DNA from: the human T2T-CHM13v2.0 reference genome, Homo sapiens
NCBI RefSeq assembly: GCF_009914755.1
Contig: NC_060936.1
Strand: one strand, 5' to 3'
Length of the DNA stretch: 64,000 nt
Numbering within the stretch: the stretch's first letter is position 1; every line of letters starts with the position of its first letter. The translations under genes were made by a program, and so were the position numbers. The notes below the pieces were generated by a model that saw nothing but the letters and a program-made list of their open reading frames with translations, did no database searches and had not been told where the DNA came from. Shown here piece after piece: positions 29,173 to 42,757 of this stretch.

Positions 29173-32100
29173 AAGGGTGTGTCCAGCGGGAGTCTCAAAG
29201 CCTTGAGGGCCCTTCCCATTTCTAACTGTAAATAATTAGAGATGAGCAAAGCAGAACTCGAGGGAAATCTCAGCTGGGTCGGGTGATCACCCACAAGGTT
29301 AGGGAGAGAAAAAGAGGGGATTTCAAACAAGCTGGAACTTTAAGTTCATGAGACTTGTTTTCCTAGAAATAATTAGATAATACAAATTTAAAAATTGAAA
29401 AAGACAACAGCCAGCTCCATGTGGGAAGGATGTGGAAACTGCTTCTTAAAACATTTATGCTACCTCAGCCAGAAGAGCCTGCCGATAATGCCTAATGATA
29501 TTTTTAAGTTGCTTTTGTGCTATTGGACTCTCTTTAGCAGTTATCACTCTTGTTATTTGTCATGACGACAAGTCATTTAATGCATTTCATAAGATCCATG
29601 TGTCAACTGTCTTCCCTTTGCAATGTGAATTCAAACACAGCAATCTCGCTAACAGCTATTTCCTTCCCTGGTCTCCAGTACCACCCAGGAAGCTCGCCTT
29701 GGGGCAGGCAGGGTGCCCTGTCCCTCTGCCCGTGGAGCTCCAGGCAGCAGGCATGGGCAGTACCGCTGCTCCATGTGCACACAAGGCCCAGACTCCACAC
29801 AGGAAAACTGCCATCTGAAAGGAGAATTGGAACGCACAGCCCATCTGACTCTTGTCTTACTGAGACGTTAAACATGAACACTCCCCATATCTGTATGCAC
29901 AGAAGACAATACCGCCAGCTGTGTGAGGACCAATCTTTCTCTCTCTTTTGGTGCACAATTTTCCTGCACAATAACCACTGACTTGTCTTTCCTTTCTGAA
30001 GACAATTGTCCACCCGAGTGTCAGATGAAGGGTGAATTATCTCCGAGATACAGCGCGGGAGCACGACCATGTTTCCAGTGCTGAGGCTTCCTCTGCAGCT
30101 CTCTGAACCTGTGTCGGTGCGTCTGCAGGCAGACGCCCCAGTCTGTGCTCGGGAGGCAGCCCTTGAAAGGGAGCCAGGAGGCCCAGACACACACAGGCAC
30201 CTGTGCCCAAATCCGGGCGATGATCCAGAAATTAAGCGCCCAGGTCTGTCTCTAATTGCACGTTTCAGCAGCGCCGCCCACCTAACACATCACTCTCTGA
30301 TGTGAAGGGAGGGGGAAATTGCAGCCAGCCAGTCTGGTCTTTCCTCTGGAAAGGTTGGGAGATGTCAGAGGAGTGGCAGCAGCAAGTCGTCTCACGTGAA
30401 CCCGGAGGTGCTCTGTGGTTCCCCAAGGGGCGGAGCCTGCGCTGCTGGGGTCTGGGATGGAGGGGCTTTGCACTGGACCACCTGAGCTATCCAGGGTGTG
30501 GGGCTCCATAGAGGCCCAGATAGGGGCTCAGGGACCACCAGCCAGGGCAGAAGAGCTCAGGGGTGGTTTCCTGGCTCTCTGCAGTGAGTAGGGTGTTAGA
30601 AGGCACCAAAACAAGGCCCCTCCCCCTTGGATCTGCAGGGCATGGGCTGGTCGTATGTCAGCTGTTGCTGCCACAGAAGTCAGGCTTCCAGGGGTGGAGT
30701 GAGCCCTGGGGTGACCTGGTGATTCTGCAGCCACTGTGACAAGGCATGGAGTGTCTTACGGGTCCCCTGCGGTCCAGTGTTAGAGCACCAAGTTACGTAA
30801 CCCATGTGACCCTGGGCTTCCCAACACGGCGCGGGCTTTCCCGTAGACCCTCCTTCACGCTGGAGCCCCTTTGACAGGAAGGGTGAGATCAAAGGAATCC
30901 TTCTCTCCATGAGGAATGCCGGCGCTTGCGGCAGCTGCTCTGCGAGGGCCCGCATGTTTGCAGACCCGGACCTCAGGAAGGGAATGCAGGTGACCACAGC
31001 AGCGCATTCGGGAAGGTTCGGGGCCAGCTGGCGGCCACATGAGGAGCCTGCCCTCCCAGGTCAGTTGGTTTCCTGGCTCTGGTGCTCCAGCCCAGCGTGG
31101 CACAGCTGCCTGTGCCCTGCTCAGAGGACTCCAGGTCTCTTCTAGGACTGCCCATCTCTCTCCCTGCAGGTTCCTCGGTCAGGGATGGAGGCTGCAGAGT
31201 CACCCCCGCTCCATGGTCCAGGCCCTGCCCTCAGAGGGCAGGACAGGAACCTCCCATGTCCATCACAGGACCCTCCCTTCCCAGGAGGAGGCCCAAGTGT
31301 GGCTGAGGGCACCTTCAGAAAGCGGCAGCCGCTGCCCACACAGGACTCCGGGAGGCTGGAGACGGGTGCTCCAGAGCCTCCTCCCATTGCCAGCGCCTGC
31401 CCTCTGTGCCTCCAGTCCCTGGTGCTGCAGGGGCCCAGGGTGAGGGATCCACTGTTGCTTGAATGCTGGGGTCCTAGTTCCATGACTCTTTCTGCTGGAC
31501 CAGAAGCTTCTCAAAGAGACTGTGCCTAAGCACAGGCCCTGGTGGACAGCCAGGGCTCAGGGACATTGGTTTCTTAGATGATAGTGACGTCCACAGCAGA
31601 GTCCCCACCGTCTGGCCATAGGCCACGCTGATGTAGACCCTCGCCATGGTAGGTCACGTGATCTTCTCTTCAGGCCCTTAGATGGGAACCGCATCATGTG
31701 ACCTCTCCAAGCTTTTCTGTGTGGGACACATAGAAGTGTTTGGGAGAAAAAGGTTCAGTCTTTTTCCCCACACCTTTCCATGGAGGCCGTGCCTGGCCCT
31801 TGGCCAGGACATTGAATGAATGAATGAATGCCAGTGACTGCCACCATGTCTGAAAGAAGCCAGGGAACCCTCCCACAGAACCATGCTGGGGCTGCAGTAT
31901 CAGAGGCCCAGCTAACCCTCATCTATGGCCCTCAGAGCTCACAGCCACACCAGCACCATGAATCCCACCTAGGGTTCCAAGGCCCCTGCTCACCCATTCC
32001 CCGAGTCCCGCCCCAGCAGCCCACGGAGGCTGTCCCATCGGTGACTGCCCCTGCCATTCTCAGACACGCCTGGGCTGGGCTCTGCTCCTCACTTCCTCCG

Positions 32101-32979
32101 TCAGCTGAACCCGGGCTGCTGTCCCCATCCCGAGAGCTCGCATCTCTGAGGCCTCAGAACTCTCCACCAGCAGCCAGCACCTGGGACTTGTGGAGGTGTC
32201 AGGGGTGTGCTGAGGGGAGAAGCATGTGGACTCAAGCAGAGGGAAGGAGCCCTCACTTGGGGGCAGGAGGGTTGGCGGCAGCTCCAGCGTTGCTCTGACC
32301 CGGGCTGAGGCTACATCCCAGGGACATTTGCAGCGGGCTCCTCTCCCAGCTCTGTGTGCTCTTCTAGGCTGATCCTCACCTGTCCCTCCTTCCTGACCCA
32401 ACCCTCTGGTTCTCCAGACTTTACACAGCCTGCGTCACTGGCATTATCATGTTCATCACTTCTACTGATGGGGCTGAGTCTCCAACCAATAATTGGGCTG
32501 CATCTCCCGAGGTCGGTCAAGTGGCTTCTCCGAAATCACCCTGCAGGGTCCCTGAACTGACATTAATCAGCTTCAGCCTCAGCTATCTCCTGGACTGGGT
32601 CACCTGTATCCGAGGCTCCCAGCTTCAGCCAGACTCAGGCCTCTGATATTCCTCAGCTCGCCCTGGTCATTAACCAGACTTTCTCTCTACTCATGAGCCA
32701 GCCTCAGGCATCTAAATGTGAGTCCTTCCCACTTCTGTGCTCACAGAAGTTGAAGCGGGGCGCTGTGGGGAACCAATCTCTTGTTTTTGATGAGATATTT
32801 TCCCTGTGAAATGGCCTGCACATTGCCTTCCATTTCCAGGAGCAACGGTCCATCTGCCTGTCAGAAAGAAGACCCAGACACAGTCCCGGATGCAACCATG
32901 ACTCTCAGCACCAAGGCATCCCCCCTTCAGCGTTCAGAATGTGAGTCCATGCTTTTCAGACACTGACATCTGAGTCTGT

Positions 32980-33026
32980 CCATCAGCAGCAAAGCAGCCT
33001 CCTTAAGTAGCTCCCACAGGACCCGG

Positions 33027-33058
<32 letters not shown>

Positions 33059-33130
33059 ACACACACACGCGCGCGCGTCCAACCCCATCAGCAGCAAAAC
33101 AGCCTCCTTAAATAGCTCCCGCAGGACCCA

Positions 33131-33172
<42 letters not shown>

Positions 33173-33181
33173 TCCAACCCC
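32980..33181. repeat. ~105-bp tandem duplication, each copy carrying a (CA)n microsatellite
   Basis: ccatcagcagcaaaRcagcctccttaaRtagctcccRcaggaccc-(CA)n-gtccaacccc at 32980 and 33085. Confidence 0.92.
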
Positions 33182-33749
33182 GTGGCAGTGATTTAGAAGC
33201 TAAACCCCAGGTACCTCTCAGTCAAATATTTCAGGAGTGCCGGCAACCAAGTAATCACCCTAGATTCAAAGTGAGGAGAGAAACTGCAGCTTCCAACCTC
33301 TTTAAAACTGCCAGAGGATGTCAAAGGCACGGAGTGGGGTGGGCGGTCTCAGTTCTGTTACCAACGCTGTGAGTGACCCGTGTCCTTCATGGGGAGCCGA
33401 GCCTGGGACTGCTGTGCATGCAGGGTGGGAAATCCAGACTGATGGTCTGAGTCCTCCAGCAGCGCGTGGGGTGCAGAGCCCCAGGGGTCAAGGGCAGGGC
33501 TTCAGGATTATTGATCTTCGAGGACAGATCCAAGGCTGGGTCACCCTCTCAGGGGGTGGCTGTCCTGGGTTTACCTGCAGTGCCTGGGGGTCTGACAGCC
33601 CTAAAACAAGCCCCCTCTACCTCTTAGATCTGGGCTCAGGGCACCTTTCAGTACTGGGGCTGTTGCTGCCATGGGCATCTGGGCTCCTGGGTTAAAAACG
33701 GAATGGGCAGTTTTTCAAATTTTGATAAGTGCTGTCGGTTTGATGACAT

Positions 33750-34735
33750 ATCACAATGGCCACAGGTAATGGAATCCACATAGGGGCTTCACTTCTCATC
33801 ATTCCAGCACCCCCCACCGTGTGTGGAAATGCACCTTCTCTTCTCCTGGGAGACGTTCCTCCCATCCAACTGTCTGGTTCCAGGAAGATACTGTGCTCAT
33901 ACATGACTCCGCCCCCATAGCCACCACTGATTGGTCTATGGGTGGTCACCTCACCCCAGATTGGCCTTTCTGGGACTTTTCAAACTGGAACTGACATGAA
34001 GCCAAGAGGAGGAAGAGACCGCATGTTTTCTGGCATATGGAGAAGGCTGATCTACCATGACAAAGAGTTAAGACAATCTCATTAGAAGGCAGAGGAGGTG
34101 GGGCTGGACCACCCAGGGCCGGCTGCTCTGACGCTCACCTGCACATCTGACCTGCTCTTTGGCTGCACAACCTGAGTCCAAGAGCAGACCCACAGGGCTC
34201 CCTGCAGAGAGTTCAAAGCAGAGGCTATTTACAGAGGTCCAAGTAGGGGTGGGGAACCTGCATCCCACGAACTGGATAAGCAGGGAAACTGTTATCCACC
34301 ACAAGCCCCAGGGCACAGGTGTGGGGCTTTGTTTCTGGAATGCAGGGAGGGTTGTAACTCTGGGAGAGGGGTCACCTGGCAGGATCTGAGATCTTATTTG
34401 GGGAAAAACTTCACTGCTAAACATCAGTCAGGCAGGGGCAATACCTGCTCCAACTTCTGTCTTCTCCCATCTTAGGCTTCTCCTGGGGACTCTCATCAGT
34501 CAAATCCAACAGAATCCAGAGGGCAGGGAGCCCCACTGGTGCCATTTATAGAGGTCAGCCTGTGGGCACAGTGAGGTCAGAGAAGGGCACGGAATCGATG
34601 CAGAGGGGCAGTCAAAGAGTAACTTGTGCAAAACAACCCTTCTTGGATTCCTTGAGTCAGTAAATGTTCCCATTGGTCTTAGCATTTCTGAGTTGCATTT
34701 CTCTTATTTGACTCCAAAACTCCTGTTCTGTAAGT
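33750..34735. mobile_element. Old ERVL LTR fragments, probably nested (LTR16/LTR33-like)
   Basis: Inner 34200-34630 contains ccagagggcagggagcccc...atagaggtcagcc. The outer pieces resemble the 5' and 3' parts of another LTR. Confidence 0.45.
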
Positions 34736-35084
34736 AACTCCCCAAAGACAGTAAGTTTCTCAAACCAGTTACTAAATCAAGTATAGGGGCTGGTGAGGCT
34801 AAGTGATGCTTGTTGCATGGCTAGATGAGAAGGCGAGAAAGCACTGCGGAGGCTCCATCAATGTTAGATAGATGCTGCCCTGGTTTCATCATCTGCTACC
34901 TACCCTTAGGCAGTTTCTTTGTTAAAGCATCTTATGATCTTGCCCAAGATTACCTGTGATAGAGTATGAAGGCCCTTGGTGGCACAACCCCTCTTTTCAT
35001 GGTCTTTTATAAAACCAGCTGCCCAGCAGTGCCTGAGACTGAGCAGACATTCAATTCATGTTGTTTGAATGAAGGGACAGACGA

Positions 35085-35375
35085 GTTGATGATGGATAGA
35101 TGATGAATGGATGGATGGATGGACGGATGGGTAAGTAAATGGATAGAAGAGGAAATGGATAAATAAGTAAATGAGTAGATGGGTGGATGGGTGATGGATG
35201 AATGACAAATTGATGGATGCATGAATGAGTAGATAGATGTGTGAATGACAAATGGATGAGTATGTGGGTGGGTGAATGAATAAATAAATGGGTAGATTGG
35301 TGGATAGGTGAATGAATGGATGATGAATGTACAGACATGTGGATGGGTGAATAATTGGGTGGATGATTGATAGAT
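35085..35375. repeat. (GATG/GAAT)n simple repeat next to an L2 3' end
   Basis: Degenerate ggat/gaat tetramers following gtgcctgagactgagcagacattcaat...tgaatgaa. Confidence 0.88.
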
Positions 35376-37734
35376 GCTAGCGACTGTTTCCACACCATCA
35401 GGAAGCCATGTGCCCTCTAAGATAATTAGGGGCTGAGACTTCAGAAAGTCAGTGTCCCAACTCATCTCTGTGAGCCTTCCAGCTCCACTCCCATCCTCCA
35501 GCAACTTCCCCCTGGGAGGACCTTGACCACGAGAAGTCCTTATTTCATAATCTCACCAAGATGAGCAGCTGACCATCCCTGGAGGGCTTCACGTTGAGTA
35601 ATTGCACTTATAGTTCCAAAACATCCTCTTGAACTGAGCTTTGCCAAGGGCTGTTTCTAACTGTAGTTCATATTTTGTTGCATAAGTTTAACAAGTGCTG
35701 GTCTCTCCTAGTTTTAGTATGGAAGTCTGTGGATCTCAGAGCAGCTCAATTGGCAATTAAAATCCAGGAAGTGGTGAGGTGTCTAGTGTGTGCTGATGTG
35801 GAGAATGAATGGACCCAGGAGAAGTCAGGTGAAGGGTCCTTCACAGTGGACCTGAACCAAGGCGCCTATTCAAGCTCAGACTCTCACTCACTATGGGGGA
35901 CTTTAAAGCAGGCATTTAACAATCACCTTTTCACCTTTTAAGAACAAACTAGAGTATTTGCTTTCCCTTCTCCCTCTGGGAAATAAGAGCTTGAGTCTCT
36001 CAACGTTAATCAGGCTGAGTCACCCTGTATAAAGATTTATTCTTCTTCATGGACCACACTGATTCTCCAACCATTAACCAGGCTGACTCGAGACTACCCA
36101 GGCTGAATCTCCTGGGAAATCCCTAGATGTTAATTATCCCCTTTTCTCAGTTATTTGCGAGACTGAGTCTCCAACCATGAACCCAAGCCAGGCCCCCACA
36201 TTTCTTAGAATCATTCCCCAGGAGCTGGGCCAGGAACTGTGGCATCAGCCAGGCCCACATGCTGGATGCTCCCCTGGTTGACTCCCCCTCATTCACCATG
36301 GTGGGTCTCTAGACATGAGGCCACCCCAGGCCCTGCACGTGAGTCAGCTGATGGGATAGCGTTCAGTCTTAGCCCTTTGAGCATGGGCCAGCCTGGACAT
36401 GAGGCTCTTGAAGCTGCAGGGCTTGGTGCCTGAGCCTCTGGAGAAGTGCTGCTGCAAACTGGAGAGGAGACAGTGGAGGCAGCTTCCGGAGGAAAGCTGG
36501 AGAGATGCCAGGAGTGCACGGCAGGCAGCCCTGGCTCTCAGGGGAGGGTTGCAACTCTGTCCAGAAGGGATTATTAACCGTTCTCAGGTGGCGTCTTAGC
36601 CTATCAAGACCTGGGCATCCTGGCCCAGTCCTCTTGGCAGTTCCTCTAAGAGACTAGTCGTGTTCTCCCGGGACAACCCGGGATCGATCCCGTCTCACAG
36701 CCCCATGCAGGGTCGGCAATGCTGCCCAGGCTCCGGTTCTCTCGCACCTGAGATCTCCGTGTTAGGAAGGAGGCTTCTCCTGCCTGACACACCCGGCCTT
36801 CTGTGCAACATGCCGTTTGGTCTGAATTCATCAAAGAACCCAAAGCTGAGCTGGGCTCAGGACTGACGTTAGAGCTGCACACACTGGCATCTCACTGTGA
36901 GGAAACGGGGCCAACCAGACCATGTCCCTAGAGTCCCAAATCCCAGGTTCATATCCCCACTACACTTTCTTCTGACTGACAGCTCGCCCAGGCTTGGGTG
37001 GTGGGTAAAACCGGAGGGAGACGGAGGCAGTGCCGGGTGCCTCTGGAATGCATCCACCAGGGCCTCTCAGGGGCAAGAGAGGGAATACCCATTCAACCCG
37101 GATTAGAGCATGCAGGAGCCTTCCCGACTCCTTTCACCAGCCAGAATGAGCAGGAATGAGAGGCTGAAAATGTCCACATCCAGTTTTCCTGGTCCATCTC
37201 CGGGCTCATTGTCCCTTGATTCGTTTATGTGATGACAGCGCCTGTGTTCTTTTACATAATTCCAGCCCCTGTGTTAGTTTATATTAGGACAGTCCCTTCA
37301 CTAGCTTATCTAGGGGCGGGGTCTTCCCTGCAGGTGGCCACTCCACCTCCAGCCCACACCGAAGGACTCAGATCTAGCAATAAAGGAGCTCGTTCTGGGA
37401 CCACCCACACCAGTCTTAGGACTCTGATTGGACCCACACAGGTCACGTGCACGTTGTGAACCAACCATATTGAGTTCAGGGGCTCGGGACTGTGATTGGC
37501 CCTGCCAGGAAACCAACATGACAATCAGAGGCCGTTAGTGCAGAGGGGCAAGCCTGGCACCACAAGGTGGGGAGGCTTGCTGTTGGCTCCCTCACTACCT
37601 GTCCTGGCTGGCTGAGTTCCTGGGAACTGGGAGGTCACAGAGGTGCCGCCCCTTCCTGATACCCACAAGGAAACAGTGTAGCTTCTCATTCCCCAAGTGC
37701 CCTAGAGCCTGTGTAGGGGCCCAAGCCCTGGGCG

Positions 37735-37866
37735 GGACCATGGGAACAGGACTGTGGGAACAGGACCGTGGGAACAGGACCGTGGGAACAAGACCATGGG
37801 AACAGGACCATGGGAACTGGATCGTGGGACCGAGACCGTGGGAACAGGACCAAGGGAACAGGACAG
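37735..37866. repeat. 14-bp minisatellite (ggaccgtgggaaca) x9
   Basis: Units start at 37735 with an exact 14-bp period through 37860. Confidence 0.95.
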
Positions 37867-38459
37867 CCTGCAGGGCTGGATCCCCGGCTGAGACCCCACT
37901 CAGGGATACACCTGGCCTCCTATGTGGAGAGGAGGGCTCAGCCCCAGTGGGAGTCAGGGTCCCGGACTGCCCTGTTCTTGGGTCCTGCCTGTGAATTCTA
38001 GGGACTCAAGTCCAATTTGCTCTTTTGTCCTGGAGGGATTTCCAGCTGTGATTCCCGGAAGAAGTGGGTGGTGGGTTTTACCTGCGTGACTCCAGAGGTC
38101 GTGTTACTTCATCCCAGGCACTGCACCTGTCTCCTGGATCTGATTTGCTTCTCATTTGTCTGTGCCCTGCCTCTGGCTACTGGGGACTGTAGACAGTGAG
38201 AAGCGTAGGGAAGCTCAGGCTGAGAATGGAGCCATTTCCCAGCATCACCCTCACTCTCAGGAAAGGGTGTGGAGCTCTAGAGAATGGTGGTGGGGGTGCC
38301 ATCTGACAGAAAGCTGTCCTTGCTCTGGTGAGACATCTCTGACCTTTGGGAACCAGCCCTCCTCAACTATCATCCTACCTGGGGCACATAGCCCAGGCCA
38401 GGCCCATACATCACACACATGCGACCACAGTACCTGGCACCTGGCTCAGGGGTGAGCAC

Positions 38460-38462
<3 letters not shown>

Positions 38463-38507
<45 letters not shown>
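38463..38507. repeat. Pure (GT)n microsatellite
   Basis: ~22 uninterrupted GT units. Confidence 0.97.
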
Positions 38508-38508
<1 letters not shown>

Positions 38509-39537
38509 TAGAGAGAGAGGAGAGAATATATTCTGGGGAGGTCAGGTAGAGCCCATTGATCTAGCCAAGCCTGCACTTTTCAGATACATTAAAACATAAA
38601 TCACTTTTTTTCCAGACCTGGTTTCTGATTTGCCCATGCTCTATCTCCTTCAGCAGGCATCCCACTGCTACATGTCTGGGGAGCCCAGTGTGCTGGGTAG
38701 GGGTCTAGGCCCTGCCCCTGCCTGAGTGGTCTTAAGGAACCAGGTCTCCCACCAGACCTGTTCCCCCTGTGTCTCTGGGGGGCTGAGGTGATGCTGTCTT
38801 CACCTCATCTGCTCTGAAAGCCCATACCCTGGTGATTTGGGCAGTGCCCCTTCCTATCCAGGCTGTGACTCTCTGCTTTCTCTGGAGGTTGGAACGCAGC
38901 TGGGGGAGAGGTGACCAAGATCTAGGTGGCCCTTCCTCCTGCCTGTCCTCAGCTCCATCCCAGACTTGAGTGGTGTGTCATCCCAAGCCCTCTGGCCAGA
39001 GAATTCATGCACACCTGCAGGGGCAACCTTGGTAGCCACCCCCTGCCATGGAGCGTGGACAAAGCCCAGGTGGGTACAGCTCTTTACTTTCCTGCATGTG
39101 GAGGATGCAGGTAATGCAGCTGCCTCTGAAAACCCCAGGATCTACACACTCCCCTAGGGACAAAGATTCCATCTGCTGCAGACCCCTGGCAGCTTTAGAT
39201 CATTGGGGGTAGGGAGATGAGAGTCTAGTGTTACAGGAAATTTCATTCTTTCAAATCCAGAGTGTCCAAGAAAGTTTTATGTAATGAAAAGAAAAAAGTC
39301 AGGTCTGTTTCAACAGACAAACCAGATTTATCCAAAAAGGAAAAGGTAAAGTTCACATGTCGTAGTCTAGGTACCTTCTCACAGGGACATGAGATAATGT
39401 GGCCATGAAAAGACTTAGGTCAGTTAAACCTGAGCTCATGTCTTTACTCTGAAACCTTGTTGCTGTGTGACCTTGATTGAGTTGCTTACCCTCTCTGTGC
39501 CTTTCTTGTCTGTAAAAGGGTGAAATGGCAAGCCTTA

Positions 39538-39924
39538 TGATATGGTTTGGCTCTGTGTCCCCCCTACCCAAATCTCATCTCAAATTGTAATCCTCATGTG
39601 TCAAGGAAGGGACCTGTAATCCCCATTTGATGAGGGAGGATGGTGATTGGATCATGAGGGCAGTTTTCCCCATGCTGTTCTCATGAGAGTGAGTGAGTTC
39701 TCGCTGGTTGTTTGATAAGTGTTTGGCACTTCCCCCTACTCGCTCTCTCTCTCCTGCCGCCATGTAAGATGTGCCTTGCTTCCTCTTCCCCTTCTGCTAT
39801 GATTATAAGTTTCCTGAGGCCTCCACCTCTATGTGGAACTGTGAGTAAATTTAACCTCTTTCCTTTATAAATTACCCAGTCTCAGGTAGCATCTTTATGG
39901 CAGTGTGAGACCGGATGGATATAC
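39538..39924 (+). mobile_element. THE1D-like solo LTR inserted in a MIR
   Basis: tgatatggtttggctctgtgtcccc...tttataaattacccagtctcagg. TSD cctta/cctaa. MIR text on both sides (~39410-40020). Confidence 0.85.
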
Positions 39925-40819
39925 CCTAATTGATGGGCCATCGTGAGGATTAAATGAGTTGACATGGTAAGGGCCTCACCGTGCCCCACACATGGGACTT
40001 GCTCAGCGGATGTAACACACCTTGGCAGATCAGTCCACCCTCCCAACCTGCTCCCCACCATCTTCCCATCTTGGTAAGGCCTTTAGCATCCTCCTGCCTG
40101 CCTGGCGCAAACCGTCAAAGCCTCCCGGCCCTCTTTTCCCCACTCCCACCTGTCAGCATCCTGCGGGCTCTGTCTCATTCAATGTGTCTGTCCTCTTTCC
40201 TCCACCTGAATTTCAACCCCCAGATCTAACCACATTCACCCCACCTCTGGGTTATTTCATCAGCCTCCACCTACCCACTGCCTGCACAAGAGCAGAAGGA
40301 ACTCTATAATGAGGAGTTAGAAGCTCTCACTCTCCACCCAGAACCTGCAGGGACTCCTGCCTCACTCCAGGTGGAACCTGGAGTCTTGACAAAAGCCCTG
40401 CCGTCTCTCTGTGCCCACCTCTTGCCCTTCCTCCTGACTCTACATGCTCAGTTAGCCTTGACATTCCCTAACACACCAGGCATGTGCCCCCACAGTGATA
40501 TCCTGGCTGGGGGTCCTCCCCCACTCACCAGGTGCAGGCCTCTGCAGTGCTCTGGGAGGTGACTGAGCTTCTGCCTCCACCACAGTCTGAGGAGTTGGCC
40601 TCTGAGCCTCAAGGCTCAAACCTACATTTGCTGCAAAGGTTCCCAGGGGAGCCCTCAGCTTGGCGGAATGGCAACCTTGATCCAGATCCCTGGTCTTGGA
40701 TCCAAGAGTAAAGGGAGAGTAATGGTGCTGTATTGAGCAGGCAGCCCTCAGCACTGTGTCCAGAACAGGGACCCAGGGACCCATTAACTAGAGCTCGGCC
40801 TCCATGTCTTCCCTTATTT

Positions 40820-41154
40820 TATATCTATATCTATGTCTGTATCTATATCTATATCTATATCTGTATCTATATATGCATATAAATATATATATTTATTTTA
40901 CACAAGGTCTCTCTCTGTAGCCTAGGCAGGAGTGCAGGGGCATGATCTCAGCTTATTGCACCCTCCACCTCCTAAGCTCAAGCACTCTTCCCACCTCAGC
41001 CTCCCAAGTAGCTGGGACTTCTTTTTGTATCTTTTGTAGAAATGGGATTTCGCCAAGTTGCCCAGGCTAGTGTCATACTCCTGGGCTCAAGTGATTCACC
41101 CGCCTCAGCCTCCTAAATTGTTGCAATGACAGGCGGGCACCACTGCACTTGGCC
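40820..41154 (-). mobile_element. AluJ-like SINE with internal deletion and (TATATC)n-derived tail
   Basis: Reverse Alu with J-type ctcctgggctcaagtgat, missing part of the right-arm start, preceded by AT-rich microsatellite. Confidence 0.82.
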
Positions 41155-41830
41155 CCCGACCCCTTCTTGAGAGAACAACAGAGTTCACCTGCCCCATCTC
41201 CATTTTCGTGGACACCTGGGGGCAAGTTCTGCCTGCTGTGGCCAAACCTGCATTCTCATCTTCCTGGATACATCGCCACACCACACGCTGGGCCCCTTGG
41301 TGTTATGTGAAGTCGAGAGACGAGATCAAGGTCAAGGGAAGGGAGCAGAAGTGAAGCCATCCTACTGGGCAGACCCAAAGAAACCTCCCTGGAGCCTCTT
41401 CCCTGCTCTTTACCTTCCACCTACCTGACCCAGGTGGCCATGGGACCTTGGAGCCCAAACACTGGAACCAGCGGAGTTACAAGAAGGTAGTGACAGGGGC
41501 CCTAAGTCGCCCTTGGAGGGGAGACATCCCCATCAGGAGCTCACATGCTGGGCTTTGCTAAGCCAGGACACATGGCTGCTTGCCTGCTGAGCCATCTACA
41601 TGGCTGCATCTGTTCCAGTAGCTGGCATTACCCTCATCAATCCACCCACCCCTGGACCTCCACAGCAGGATGGCTTACTGGGGGGAGTCAGGTTACTATG
41701 TCCACTCCAGGTGAGACCAGAGACCAGTGAGCTGGCTGGAGTCCTGTTTTGCAAAGGGCGTGAGAGTCTGACACCACGTCACAACAGGGTGTTCAAGCAG
41801 GCCTCAGTAGGAGGTCACACAGAACTGGCA

Positions 41831-42145
<315 letters not shown>

Positions 42146-42599
42146 AGAACTGGCTTTTTACAGGAAAAAGCTTTGCTAGCAAAAATGGTTTGTTAGGGGC
42201 TCCAAGGATCCTAAGACATCTTTGAACAGCATGTCCCTTAGCATGGACAGTCCTAGCCAGGTTCTCTCTTTGGGTCCCTCCCAAGCCCTGCCTGTTGTTC
42301 TTTTGGGGGGAAACAGCCATGTTGGATCATATGACAATGGGCAGCCCTCGAGGGTTAGAGACAAAGGCCACTCAATGCCGGATGACGGGTCCTCTTGCTT
42401 TCCATTCTGGTTTTCCCCAATCAGTGATTCTTAAGCTCTGCCGCATGTTAGGATCTCTGGGGAGCTTTAACTATTCCCCGCCTGCCTCAGTGAACCCAGA
42501 GTCTGGAGGTGCACAGGTTTCCTGGGAGACACCAAGGCACAGCAGGTATGAGCACTTGAACCATCCTTGCATCCTGGGATAAATCCCACTTGCTCTTCA

Positions 42600-42757
42600 C
42601 AGCAGCTTCTCAAGCTGCATAAGCGCCTGGGGTCAGTTAAAGTGCAGGTTCTGAGGTTCTGATCAGGTAGCTCCGGTGTGAGGCCTGGAGTCCGAACTTC
42701 CAGCAAGCACCAAGTGACATCAAACTGTCAGTCCATGGACCCCACCTAGAGAGGCCT
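42600..42757. mobile_element. MER5-like hAT-Charlie element
   Basis: cagcagcttctcaag...gttaaagtgcaggttctg...tgaggcctggag...tccatggacccca. Confidence 0.55.
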
